Part shown: positions 1-9,898 of the stretch, in pieces
Layout of the letters: the number at the start of each line of letters is the position of its first letter
Numbering within the stretch: the first letter of the stretch is position 1
NCBI GenBank assembly: GCA_963754655.1
Contig: CAVWGN010000001.1
Span: 2,944,001-3,008,000 of the forward strand
Length of the DNA: 64,000 bases
Origin: an uncultured Chlamydiae bacterium
Lineage (GTDB): Bacteria > Chlamydiota > Chlamydiia > Chlamydiales > Parachlamydiaceae
Direction of reading: 5' to 3'
The notes under the pieces: model-generated
The model's database searches: none
The model's input: only the letters and a program-made list of their open reading frames with translations
What the model was told of the DNA's origin: nothing
Program-made: the position numbers and the translations under genes

Positions 1-753
1 ATATTTTTTCTCTCCCTGAGGATTAGTCACTCCCATGATTAACATATGTTCAGCCAACCAGCCTTCATCGCGCGCCATAACTGAAGCAATGCGCAAGGCA
101 TAGCACTTTTTGCCCAATAGGGCATTGCCGCCGTAGCCGCTGCCATAGGACCAAATTTCACGTGTTTCAGGAAAATGAACAATATATTTATCTTGGTTAT
201 TGCAAGGCCAAGGCACATCAATTTGTCCCTCTATTAATGGCATGCCAACAGAATGCAAGCAGGGAACGAAATCATGGCTCTTAACTAATTCCCATACCTC
301 TTTACCCATGCGCGTCATCAAGCGCATGTTGCAGACAACATAAGGTGAATCAGTCAATTCTACTCCTAAGCCAGATAAAGGTGACCCCAAAGGTCCCATG
401 CTAAAAGGAATGACATATAACGTACGACCCCGCATACAGCCCTTAAACAAGCTCTTAAGCAGCTGTTTCATTTCATTCGGATCGCGCCAATGATTAGTGG
501 GACCCGCCTCTTCCGCTGTTCTGGAACAAATAAAAGTGCGATTTTCCACACGTGCAACATCTTGAGGATCGGAGCGACTCAGGAAACTATGGGGACGGAG
601 TTGAGGATTTAAAGGAATCAAAGTTCCCTGCTGTACCATTTTCTGACACAATTGATCATATTCTTGCAAGGAGCCATCACAATAATGCACTTCCTGCGGC
701 TGGCAAAGCGCAACAACATCACTAACCCATTGTTTTAATAGTTGGTGCTGCAT
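1..753 (-). CDS. pckG: Phosphoenolpyruvate carboxykinase (GTP), 5' part; runs off the left edge of the window
   Basis: Manual translation from ATG at 753 (GGAG RBS upstream) is open to base 1: [10 protein letters not shown]...[16 protein letters not shown]...[17 protein letters not shown]...[23 protein letters not shown]...GWLAEHM, the GTP-PEPCK signatures. Missing from the ORF track because there is no stop in the window. Confidence 0.96.
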   Translation of the reverse strand, partial: MQHQLLKQWVSDVVALCQPQEVHYCDGSLQEYDQLCQKMVQQGTLIPLNPQLRPHSFLSRSDPQDVARVENRTFICSRTAEEAGPTNHWRDPNEMKQLLKSLFKGCMRGRTLYVIPFSMGPLGSPLSGLGVELTDSPYVVCNMRLMTRMGKEVWELVKSHDFVPCLHSVGMPLIEGQIDVPWPCNNQDKYIVHFPETREIWSYGSGYGGNALLGKKCYALRIASVMARDEGWLAEHMLIMGVTNPQGEKKY

Positions 754-767
754 AGCCAACTCCTGAT

Positions 768-1856
768 TTAAAGAGATTTACGCTTTTTAAATTTATCAAG
801 ATATTCTAAGGCCTTGCCTGTTCCCAAGCAAACAGCCAACAAGGGATTAGGCGCGACAATGACAGGCAATCCTGTTTCTTTGATGAGTGCCTTGTCAAAC
901 CCTTTGATCAAAGCCCCTCCGCCTGCTAGCACCATGCCACGCTCAACAAGATCGGCAGCAAGCTCGGGAGGACATTTTTCTAACGTCAATTTCACGCTTT
1001 CTACGATTTGCTGAATAGGCTCAGCTAGACATTCGCGAATTTCGACGGAATTGATGCGCTTTGTGACGGGCAAACCGGCCACTTGATCGCGTCCACGCAC
1101 CTCCATTTCCAATTCATTTCCCAATGGATAAGCCGAGCCAATGCTGATCTTGATTTCTTCCGCCGTCCGCGGTCCAATCATGAGGTTATAAGTGCGACGC
1201 ATGTAGTTGATAATGCACTCATCAAATTCATCACCTGCAATGCGCAAAGAACGTGATTCGACAATTCCACCCAGCGACAAGATAGCAATTTCTGTGGTTC
1301 CGCCGCCAATATCGATAATCATGCTGGCACATGCTTCGTGAACGGGAAGATCCACTCCAATAGCCGCAGCCATGGGCTCTTCGATGAGGAAAACCTCTTG
1401 TGCGCCGGCATGTAAGGCAGAATCTTCAACCGCTCGTTTTTCAACGCCAGTAATTCCGGAGGGGACAGCAATCAAAATTTTGGGGCGGAAAAGGCTGCGA
1501 GAAGGAGTGACTCTTTTGATTAAAGCTTTGAGCATACCCTCCGCAATTTCAAAATCAGCAATGACACCATCTTTCATAGGGCGGACAGCATGAATTTTAC
1601 GTGGAGTTTTACCTAACATAGCCTTGGCCTTATGTCCAACAGCTAACACCTCATTGGTTGTGGAATCGACAGCGACAACAGAAGGCTCTGCCAAAACAAT
1701 TCCTTTGCCTCTGACAAAGACCAACGTGTTAGCAGTTCCAAGGTCAATGCCAATGTCGTTTGAAAACACGCCTCGAAAACGATTAAGCTGTCCAAAAGCC
1801 AAGTGGCTAAGATAGTTAAAGGCTCCTTTAAGGCTGATTTGCTGTTTTTTACTCAT
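768..1856 (-). CDS. mreB: Cell shape actin-like protein MreB
   Basis: [47 protein letters not shown] motifs. Confidence 0.98.
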   Translation of the reverse strand: MSKKQQISLKGAFNYLSHLAFGQLNRFRGVFSNDIGIDLGTANTLVFVRGKGIVLAEPSVVAVDSTTNEVLAVGHKAKAMLGKTPRKIHAVRPMKDGVIADFEIAEGMLKALIKRVTPSRSLFRPKILIAVPSGITGVEKRAVEDSALHAGAQEVFLIEEPMAAAIGVDLPVHEACASMIIDIGGGTTEIAILSLGGIVESRSLRIAGDEFDECIINYMRRTYNLMIGPRTAEEIKISIGSAYPLGNELEMEVRGRDQVAGLPVTKRINSVEIRECLAEPIQQIVESVKLTLEKCPPELAADLVERGMVLAGGGALIKGFDKALIKETGLPVIVAPNPLLAVCLGTGKALEYLDKFKKRKSL

Positions 1857-2234
1857 TTTAATCTCTTATTTCTCTTTTTCTTCTAATGTGATTCTGTTCT
1901 TTCCTTTTATTTAGATGCTATATGCAGAGCTAACTAAAAGCCATTCAAGCATGCAATGTCGGCAACTTAAAGAAATGTGTTGTTGATAAGCAGCATGAGC
2001 TACCTCTACTCATTAAGCTAAGAGATGAGGTTAGGCTAAGCGTTTCTCTTGCGCATAGAGAGTAGTAAAGGGAACATACTGCCGAAACCTGCGGATCTAG
2101 CGCCACTTATCATCAATGAATGTCTTTAAGTTAGTGACATGCATACTAACCCATCTATTTAAATATTGTTATTACAATTTTATTTCTGACGCTTATATGC
2201 CTAAAACAGGCTTTCAGATAAAAGTATCGGCTAG

Positions 2235-5200
2235 TTACGTCTGCAACAATTCCAATACTTCTTCCCATGTGAGCTTTGCCATCATGTCTTCATCGCGGCT
2301 GATGATTTCTTTGACCAAACCTCTCTTACGCTTATGCAATTCCAAAATCTTTTCTTCAATAGTGTTGAGCGTAATGAGTTTATAAGAGGAAACTGAATTC
2401 TTTTGTCCTAGGCGATGAACGCGGTCTGTCGCTTGATTTTCCACTGCGGGATTCCACCACATATCATAGTGAATGACTGTATCGGCACCCACCAAATTGA
2501 GCCCAGATCCTCCTGCCTTCAAAGAGACCAAGAAAATAGGAATATTGGAATCTTCATTGAATTTCTTCACAATACTTAGGCGATTTTTGCTCGAGCCATC
2601 CAAATATTCAAAGCGGATTCCCTGTTTTTGCAAATCTTCGCGCATGATATTGAGCATGCGCGTATATTGGCTAAAAATCACCGTCTTATGACGCCCTTCC
2701 ATTAACGTCTGCAAGAGCTCGAGCAACATGTCATATTTAGATGAATCGCCGCTTTCCGCTTGATCCTTAGCAAAAATGGCTGGATGACAGCAAATTTGCT
2801 TTAAACGCGTCAACGTGGCTAAAACATGAATCTGAACGCGATCAAACCCTTCTTTTTTAACCAATTGTGATAATTCTTCACGCGCTGAAGCAGCATAAGA
2901 CCGATAGAGCTCTTGCTGAATCTCCGATAAATGGCAGTGATAAACAATCTCAGAGACTGGCGGCAAATCAGACAAAACATCTTTTTTCATGCGACGCAAA
3001 ATAAAGGGAGCCACTTTACGGCGCAAGTTTTCCAAATTTTTGTTCGCTTGCTGTGTGGTAGGGAAACGAATATATTTTTCCAGAAAGCGATCATAGGAAC
3101 TCAATAGGCCGGGCATTAGGAAATCAAATAAACTCCACAGCTCATCTAATGAATTCTCAATTGGCGTTCCTGTAAGAATTAAGCGATGTGCTGCTTGGAT
3201 CATTTTCACCGATTGCGCATTGCGTGTTCCTCTGTTTTTAATATGCTGGGCTTCATCCAAAATGGCATAGCCAAAAGGAATCATTTTGTAAAACTCAATA
3301 TCTTTTTGCAAGAGTGTATACGAAGTAATGATGACATCAACTTCTTCAATTACGCTCAAAAGTTTTTTGCGTTGGGTAGGATTCCCATCCACAGCCAACA
3401 CTTTAAGATTAGGGTTGAACTTAGAGAATTCTTCTTTCCAATTGTAAACTAACGAAGTGGGACAAATGACAATGGAAGGCTGTTTGGAATTTTCCTGTTT
3501 ATATTGAGTTAATATTGTAATGGCTTGGAGGGTTTTCCCAAATCCCATGTCATCTGCCAAAATGCCATTTAAATGCATTCGACGGAGCCGATCAAGCCAA
3601 CGAATGCCATCGACCTGATAATTGCGCAAAGACGCTTGAATAGCAGAGGGAATTTCGCAATGCTCATAAGGAATTTGCCCTAGCATTTGCTGCTGAATCT
3701 TTTGTAATTTAGGGGTAATGAAGAACTGAATGGGCAATCCAGCAAATTGCTCGATATCCAAACTTGCCAAACTCCATAATGGACGCTGTTCCACATGAGT
3801 GTCCAAACGATTAATGCCCATTTCATCTAAAATTTGCACAACGGGAGCCAGTTTGTCGAGATCGAGCACCAAAATTTTGTGCGGCGCTTTAGGATCCTCT
3901 GATTTCGTTTTGCGCTTTCCAGATTTTTTTTCAGATAGTTCAATGAAGGCGCGCTTAGAAGATAAGCAATCCCATAATAAATCAACTGTTACTCCCTGTA
4001 AATAGCCATCAACCTGAATCTCCACTTCATATAAATCGACTCGCGCAGTTTCACGTAGAGTGAGTTTAAACACAGAGTCATCGTAAATAAATTGATCAAG
4101 AAGATTTTCAGGACAATTGAATTTGACGCGATGTTGATAAGCCGGAATGATTTCCGTCATGAATTCTACAATTTTTTTATCATTTTTGGCAGAGTAGACG
4201 CCTTGTCCTGGATCATACACAAAATCTTGAAAAAGATTATCGATAATTTTCTGTTCCTCTGTTAAGTTGCGAGCTAAAATTCCTTCAGAGGTAACGAAAG
4301 TCGAAATATGATTCACTGTTAGCTGTGAAGAGGCCGCTGGAACTTTGACTTTGCCATAAACAAAATGCAGGGAAGCCTCAAGTTCACCATTCAAATAATG
4401 AATATCGCATTCAGCCGCTACACGTTCTACAAAGGGCAGCGTCACAAAGCAATCAATAATTTCTTTATTGGAAATTTCAGCAAAACGACTTAATTCTGAA
4501 AGGGAATTTTCAACAAATGTTCCAAAAAGAGGCTCTGGGATAGTCATATTGCGGATAGCGGCAAGGTGACGCAAATGCTTGCGCTTAATATTGGATTGAA
4601 AGCAGTAATAGACATTTTGGAAAATCATTCCCGGCTTGGCGCATTCAAATAACAAGGCTTCTTCGCAAACAACAACTCGATTTTGCAAGACAATTTGAGG
4701 CTTAAGTAAAATTTTGGGAGTGGGGATTTCTAGATAGTTTAATTCGAAGCGCAAAGTCGCGGGGGTCATAGACATGCGCAAGGGTTCTTCAATAGTTCCA
4801 CAATAAATGCAGGGCAAAGCAAAAGGCTCCATTTTCTGTTCGTTAAATGGAACAGGGGAAGTCAAGCGAGCCTCAGCAATGGCATAAGAAACAGCTAAAA
4901 GAGTTCCAAAAGCTTCGGTATCGATAAAAGTTGTACGCTGCTGTTTATCGTTTTTGATTTCTGGAAAACGGGCAAAGTCGATGATGAGTTTGAGAATTTG
5001 GGAACTTGCTTCATCAAAGGAGTTCATAGAAAAGAAATACCGTTTGCTTCCTATGTAAATCGCTTCATTATAGCGCACGGCATCTAAGAAAGTTTTAATC
5101 TGTAAAATATTGAGTGATTTTGAGCGGAAAGGCAAACGTAAAGCCAGTTGAATTTCAATTTGGGGGGCATCTGTTTTAGATTGTCCCATGCTATAAACAA

Positions 5201-5729
5201 CCGCTAATTCGGCTTTATCTTGTGTTAATTCCTCTTCAGGGTGAAAAAATGACGATTGTCCAAGCAGCTGAGAAGCATAGATGTATTCTTCCAATAATTC
5301 TTTCAAAAATTTTTTATCTTGCCTTGCATGCTCTTTTGTTGCTGCTTCTTTAAAGGTTTCAAGCAAATGAGCTTTTTCTTGATCGTCTACAGGCATTGCT
5401 TTTTCTAAATCTGCTTCTTTAGAATAGGTAACTAACAGTTCATGGTAATGAGATTCTAAGTAAAAAAGAACAGCCGCTAGATGTTGACAATCATATTTAT
5501 AGGAGCAATCGCAATCTGAATCAATGATGACTGATTCATTTCGATCAATTTCCAATTCTGACTCATAGCAATTTTCAAAATTTCCCATCACACGGCAGCT
5601 AAAGCGTACGCAATCGGCCTTTAGCTTAATAATTTTTGTAGAGACCACCATTTTTTTATCATAAAGGGCTTTACCTTCTTTTAAAATGGAGGGTGAAAAA
5701 TCATGTTTTAGCTTGCGAAAATTTAACAT
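2235..5729 (-). CDS. SWI2/SNF2-family helicase with N-terminal SWIM zinc finger
   Basis: CDC-x4-C-x-H (DCDCSYKYDCQH); ADDMGFGKT, LDEAQ, LTGTPIEN, QATDRVHRLGQ helicase motifs; position beside mreB as in chlamydiae. Confidence 0.93.
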   Translation of the reverse strand: MLNFRKLKHDFSPSILKEGKALYDKKMVVSTKIIKLKADCVRFSCRVMGNFENCYESELEIDRNESVIIDSDCDCSYKYDCQHLAAVLFYLESHYHELLVTYSKEADLEKAMPVDDQEKAHLLETFKEAATKEHARQDKKFLKELLEEYIYASQLLGQSSFFHPEEELTQDKAELAVVYSMGQSKTDAPQIEIQLALRLPFRSKSLNILQIKTFLDAVRYNEAIYIGSKRYFFSMNSFDEASSQILKLIIDFARFPEIKNDKQQRTTFIDTEAFGTLLAVSYAIAEARLTSPVPFNEQKMEPFALPCIYCGTIEEPLRMSMTPATLRFELNYLEIPTPKILLKPQIVLQNRVVVCEEALLFECAKPGMIFQNVYYCFQSNIKRKHLRHLAAIRNMTIPEPLFGTFVENSLSELSRFAEISNKEIIDCFVTLPFVERVAAECDIHYLNGELEASLHFVYGKVKVPAASSQLTVNHISTFVTSEGILARNLTEEQKIIDNLFQDFVYDPGQGVYSAKNDKKIVEFMTEIIPAYQHRVKFNCPENLLDQFIYDDSVFKLTLRETARVDLYEVEIQVDGYLQGVTVDLLWDCLSSKRAFIELSEKKSGKRKTKSEDPKAPHKILVLDLDKLAPVVQILDEMGINRLDTHVEQRPLWSLASLDIEQFAGLPIQFFITPKLQKIQQQMLGQIPYEHCEIPSAIQASLRNYQVDGIRWLDRLRRMHLNGILADDMGFGKTLQAITILTQYKQENSKQPSIVICPTSLVYNWKEEFSKFNPNLKVLAVDGNPTQRKKLLSVIEEVDVIITSYTLLQKDIEFYKMIPFGYAILDEAQHIKNRGTRNAQSVKMIQAAHRLILTGTPIENSLDELWSLFDFLMPGLLSSYDRFLEKYIRFPTTQQANKNLENLRRKVAPFILRRMKKDVLSDLPPVSEIVYHCHLSEIQQELYRSYAASAREELSQLVKKEGFDRVQIHVLATLTRLKQICCHPAIFAKDQAESGDSSKYDMLLELLQTLMEGRHKTVIFSQYTRMLNIMREDLQKQGIRFEYLDGSSKNRLSIVKKFNEDSNIPIFLVSLKAGGSGLNLVGADTVIHYDMWWNPAVENQATDRVHRLGQKNSVSSYKLITLNTIEEKILELHKRKRGLVKEIISRDEDMMAKLTWEEVLELLQT

Positions 5730-6009
5730 TTGACTCTCAAAGTAATCTTAACATTGATTATTGATAAAATTCACAGAAGAGCAGATCTTTTGACTCTCCT
5801 TTTACTTGTTTTGTTAGAATAACACAATAAAAAGCATCCTTAAAAAGCATCCTTACTACCTATTTGGAAATGACTAAAAGAATCTAAGAGACATCCCATG
5901 GTGTTTGACTCCTTTAAGTTCTTTGCCCCCTTTCTATTTGAAATCAAATTCCGCTTGCTGAAAATATTCTCTGCCTATTATAGTTATTCGTTCCTAAGAT
6001 ATCCAATCT

Positions 6010-6082
6010 GCGGGTGTAGCTCAGTTGGTAGAGCGTCACCTTCCCAAGGTGAATGTCGTGAGTTCGAGCCTCATCACCCGCT
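6010..6082 (+). tRNA. tRNA-Gly (CCC)
   Basis: GCGGGTG/CACCCGC acceptor stem, TAGCTCAGTTGGTAGAGC D-arm, TCACC-TTCCCAA-GGTGA anticodon arm, GTTCGAG T-loop; no encoded CCA. Confidence 0.97.
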
Positions 6083-6102
6083 CAAGAGATATCTAGTTTA
6101 TT

Positions 6103-6174
6103 GCGGGCGTAGCTCAGTGGTAGAGCATCACGTTGCCAACGTGAGGGTCGTGAGTTCAAGCCTCATCGCCCGCT
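6103..6174 (+). tRNA. tRNA-Gly (GCC)
   Basis: GCGGGCG/CGCCCGC acceptor stem, TCACG-TTGCCAA-CGTGA anticodon arm, GTTCAAG T-loop. Confidence 0.97.
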
Positions 6175-6191
6175 ATTATCTTCAATCTCAT

Positions 6192-6263
6192 GCGGGTGTA
6201 GCTCAGTGGTAGAGCATCACGTTGCCAACGTGAGGGTCGTGAGTTCAAGCCTCATCACCCGCT
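6192..6263 (+). tRNA. tRNA-Gly (GCC), second copy
   Basis: Identical to the preceding tRNA except for one compensatory acceptor-stem pair (T-A instead of C-G). Confidence 0.97.
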
Positions 6264-6288
6264 AATTAATTAGAAAAGAGGGGTTTTT

Positions 6289-7614
6289 GTGTCAACTCAA
6301 GAGACAGAGCACGATGCTAATTCTACATTTAACACTGATCATCTTAGCGTATTAGTCACAAAAAAACCTCATTGTCAAGTTAAATTCGAGATTCGGGTGA
6401 AGCCCGAAGCGATCGAAGCGGTTTATCATAAAGCTCTCAAAAATATTAATAAAGAAGTGATGATTCCTGGATTCCGTAAAGGTCGCGCGCCAGAATCTCT
6501 GATTGTTGAGAAATACCAATCCTCAATCCAAAAAGAATTTGTCGATATCGCTTTACAAACAGCTTTTAATGAAGCCATTCATTTGACTCATTTGCATCCT
6601 TTAAAAGATGGTAAGATTAAACGCCCTGTTGTCATTGAATGCAGCCGTGAAACAGGAGGACATTTTGTCATTGAATTTGAATCGCGTCCTGTCATTCCAA
6701 CCGTTAGATTTGAAGATTTGCAGATTCCACAACCTCCCTCTGCTCCCATTACAAATCAGGAAAAGCAGAACGCTCTTCACAATTTGTTGCTACAATTTGC
6801 CACCTATGACCCTATTGAAAACCGCCCTGTCCAAGAAGAAGACTTTATCAATGTGAGTGTTGTGATTTTAGAAGATCCTCCTCGCGAGGTCATTCACAAT
6901 CAACGGACACAAGTCAACTCAAAGGGCCTTCCTTCTTGGCTACTCCAAAAAGTGATTGGTCTAAATGTAGGTGAAAGTGCTGAAGGAATGACGGAACAAG
7001 ATCTTCATCTGACGGAACCCGATCCCAACTTTCAATCCCTTCCTTTCCGCGTCACTGTGAATGCTATTTGGCAAGGCCATCTTCCTGCAGTCGATGAAGA
7101 GCTGGCTAAACGCGTTGGCCTGCAATCTGTAGAGGATTTGCATAAAAAGATTGATGAACGCCTCGAACAAGAAACGCAAGAGGAAGCCTATCAATTCAAG
7201 ATTCAAGCTCTTGAACAGCGTCTTGTAGAAAAATATCCCGTCGACCTTCCTCAATCGTATATCGATACCAATAAAGAAGTACGATTAGAGACCTATCTTC
7301 AGAAATTAGAAGAGCAACAACGCGTTTATTCAGAAGAAGAATATCGTCAAATTGAAAACACAATAGAACAAAGTACCCTCTTTCATTTACAGGTTTTCTT
7401 TCTCTTGCGCAAAATCGCTGCTGATCACAACATCACTGTTGAAAACCATGACATTGCGCAAGAATTAACGCACCAAGTCGCTCTCATGTCCCGCGGACAA
7501 GGCAATCTTGATTTTGCAGGCGATCGAAAAGAACTAGAAGAGCAATTATATAGGCTCGCCCTTGATCGCAAAATTAAACAATTTTTGCTCGATCATATCA
7601 CTTTCGAGGAATAG
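6289..7614 (+). CDS. tig: Trigger factor
   Basis: IPGFRKGRAP ribosome-binding loop; 441 aa; tig-clpP-clpX order; GTG start with GAGG RBS. Confidence 0.93.
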   Translation: MSTQETEHDANSTFNTDHLSVLVTKKPHCQVKFEIRVKPEAIEAVYHKALKNINKEVMIPGFRKGRAPESLIVEKYQSSIQKEFVDIALQTAFNEAIHLTHLHPLKDGKIKRPVVIECSRETGGHFVIEFESRPVIPTVRFEDLQIPQPPSAPITNQEKQNALHNLLLQFATYDPIENRPVQEEDFINVSVVILEDPPREVIHNQRTQVNSKGLPSWLLQKVIGLNVGESAEGMTEQDLHLTEPDPNFQSLPFRVTVNAIWQGHLPAVDEELAKRVGLQSVEDLHKKIDERLEQETQEEAYQFKIQALEQRLVEKYPVDLPQSYIDTNKEVRLETYLQKLEEQQRVYSEEEYRQIENTIEQSTLFHLQVFFLLRKIAADHNITVENHDIAQELTHQVALMSRGQGNLDFAGDRKELEEQLYRLALDRKIKQFLLDHITFEE

Positions 7615-7745
7615 AAATTTTCTTATTCTCTCTCTATAGAGCTTAGCGAATGAGGCAAGGAGATAGAGCGATTATGAGGCAATAGAAGAATTGCAGGTAA
7701 GCTCTTTTAATTTCCTACTGTTTACCTTAATGTCTTACCTCCCAC

Positions 7746-7774
7746 TTGCTAAATTCCCTTAAATCCTTTATTCT
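7746..7774 (+). promoter_or_regulatory. Putative sigma66/sigma70-type promoter for clpP
   Basis: TTGCTA-N17-TATTCT ending 37 nt before the clpP start. Confidence 0.4.
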
Positions 7775-7811
7775 ATAACAAAAGCCCTAATGATTTTAAC
7801 AAAGGATTGCT

Positions 7812-8435
7812 ATGTCACAACAGCCTTATCCAAGACCCCAACTTTCCTTGACACCTTATGTGATTGAAGACACAGGACGGGGCGAACGTTCAATGGATAT
7901 TTATTCTCGTCTATTAAAAGATCGTATTATTTTTATTGGAACTGAAATCACTGATCATGTTGCCAACGTTGTTGTCGCTCAGCTTCTCTTTCTTAAAATG
8001 GAAGATCCTAAGAAAGATGTGCATATTTACATCAATTCTTTAGGCGGTTACATCACATCGGGTCTTGCCATTTTTGATACCATGCAATACCTAGGATGTA
8101 ACATTAATACTTATTGCATTGGACAAGCTTCTTCTGTGGGCGCTCTTTTATTGACAGCGGGCACAAAAGGTAAACGTTTCGCGCTGCCTAATAGTCGGAT
8201 GATGATTCATCAACCCTATGGTGGAGTCGGAGGAACATCAGCAGATGTGGCTCTTCAAGCTAAAGAAATTTTAGAGCTTAAAAGGCTTTTAAATCAAATC
8301 ATGGCCGATTGTACGGGACAACCTTTAGAAAGAATTAGCATTGATTCAGAGCGTGATTTTTACATGAGCCCTCAAGTAGCTAAAAATTATGGTTTGATTG
8401 ATGATGTTATTATCCCGAAAAAAAAGCCAGTATGA
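7812..8435 (+). CDS. clpP: ATP-dependent Clp protease proteolytic subunit (ClpP2-type, linked to clpX)
   Basis: [13 protein letters not shown], catalytic Ser (GQASS), His (MIHQP), Asp (ERDFYM). Confidence 0.97.
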   Translation: MSQQPYPRPQLSLTPYVIEDTGRGERSMDIYSRLLKDRIIFIGTEITDHVANVVVAQLLFLKMEDPKKDVHIYINSLGGYITSGLAIFDTMQYLGCNINTYCIGQASSVGALLLTAGTKGKRFALPNSRMMIHQPYGGVGGTSADVALQAKEILELKRLLNQIMADCTGQPLERISIDSERDFYMSPQVAKNYGLIDDVIIPKKKPV

Positions 8436-8556
8436 TATAATATTCTTAAATCATTTGTTATGATTAAAATATTATCATAATCAGCTTTATAAATTATGTA
8501 AATTAGCTGCGGTTTTTGTCTTATATTCAATTTTTAACCTTTGGGATGGCCAATCC

Positions 8557-9801
8557 ATGAGTAAAAAATCTTTAACAAATAAAGATCTTGCTAGCTGTTC
8601 TTTCTGTGGGCGAACACAAGAAGCGGTCGAAAAATTAATTTCTGGGCCTAATGTTTACATTTGTGATAAATGCATTCGCCTTTGTACTGGAATTTTAGAT
8701 AAGAAAGCTCCTACAAATTATGAATTTAAAATTTTAAAACCCAAAGAAATCAAACAAAGATTGGATGAATATATCATTGGGCAGGAAAATGCCAAGAAGA
8801 CAATTGCTGTTGCTGTTTATAATCACTACAAGCGCATTCGGTCCAAAAGTAAAGAGGCGCAGCCAGTAGAATTTAGCAAATCCAATGTGCTTTTATTTGG
8901 TCCAACAGGTTCAGGCAAAACCCTTATAGCCAAAACATTAGCGTCTATTCTTGATGTTCCTTTTACCATTGCTGATGCTACCACTCTAACAGAGGCGGGC
9001 TATGTGGGAGAAGATGTTGAAAACATCATTTTGCGACTTCTGCAGGCAGCAGATTACGATGTCGCCAAAGCTGAACAAGGCATTATTTATATCGATGAAA
9101 TTGATAAAATTAATCGCACAACGGCTAATGTTTCCATTACGCGCGATGTTTCGGGAGAAGGCGTGCAACAAGCCCTGCTCAAAATTGTTGAGGGAACAAT
9201 TGCCAATGTTCCTCCGAAGGGAGGACGCAAACACCCCAATCAAGAGTATATCAAAGTCAACACAGAAAATATTCTCTTTATGGTGGGAGGCGCCTTTGTC
9301 AATCTCGAAAAAATTATTGCCAAACGCTTAGGACGAGGAACCATTGGATTTGATAGCTCAAATCGTGAGGTCATTGATCCTACCCAAAAAAGCTTGCTGC
9401 TTTCAAAAGTTGAACCAGAAGATCTGATTCAATTTGGCATGATTCCGGAATTTGTCGGTCGATTTAACAGTATTGCCAATTGTAATGAATTGACCCTAGC
9501 AGATCTCACCTGTATTTTAACTGAGCCTAAAAACGCTATTATCAAGCAATTCATTGCCATGTTTGAAGCGGAAGGCGTCAAATTGCAATTTACAGAGGAA
9601 GCTTTAGCTGCGATTGCTCAACGAGCAATTGAGGCGGGAACAGGTGCACGGGCACTGCGCCTCATCTTAGAAAATCTTATGCGCGAGCTCATGTTTGAAG
9701 TTCCCTCTGATGAGACCATCAGCGAAATTTTAATTGAAAAAGAAACAGTAACAGAAAAAAAACTCGCTATTATCAAACGTACAGATCAAAAAATTGCCTA
9801 A
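8557..9801 (+). CDS. clpX: ATP-dependent Clp protease ATP-binding subunit ClpX
   Basis: CSFC...CDKC zinc finger, [35 protein letters not shown] loop, IGF loop. Confidence 0.98.
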   Translation: MSKKSLTNKDLASCSFCGRTQEAVEKLISGPNVYICDKCIRLCTGILDKKAPTNYEFKILKPKEIKQRLDEYIIGQENAKKTIAVAVYNHYKRIRSKSKEAQPVEFSKSNVLLFGPTGSGKTLIAKTLASILDVPFTIADATTLTEAGYVGEDVENIILRLLQAADYDVAKAEQGIIYIDEIDKINRTTANVSITRDVSGEGVQQALLKIVEGTIANVPPKGGRKHPNQEYIKVNTENILFMVGGAFVNLEKIIAKRLGRGTIGFDSSNREVIDPTQKSLLLSKVEPEDLIQFGMIPEFVGRFNSIANCNELTLADLTCILTEPKNAIIKQFIAMFEAEGVKLQFTEEALAAIAQRAIEAGTGARALRLILENLMRELMFEVPSDETISEILIEKETVTEKKLAIIKRTDQKIA

Positions 9802-9898
9802 AGCAACATTTAGCGACCTGTCCTATGCGATGGGCGCGCGCCTTAAAAAGGCTAGCGCCCTTAGACTCTTTTCCTTTATGTTTTGCTAATATTCATTC

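Noticed and set aside
39..221. 60-aa minus-strand ORF
   Set aside because: Alternative frame inside pckG, whose true frame is open from 753 to the window edge
2060..2105. AAAGGG...GCCGAA resembling a lysine riboswitch segment
   Set aside because: On the strand opposite to mreB, the other conserved lysine-riboswitch elements are not found, and no lysine-related gene is downstream
5828..5853. 13-bp tandem duplication TAAAAAGCATCCT
   Set aside because: Only two copies in an AT-rich spacer; no supportable function
5898..6212. 104-aa ORF
   Set aside because: Overlaps the tRNA-Gly genes; translation of tRNA sequence
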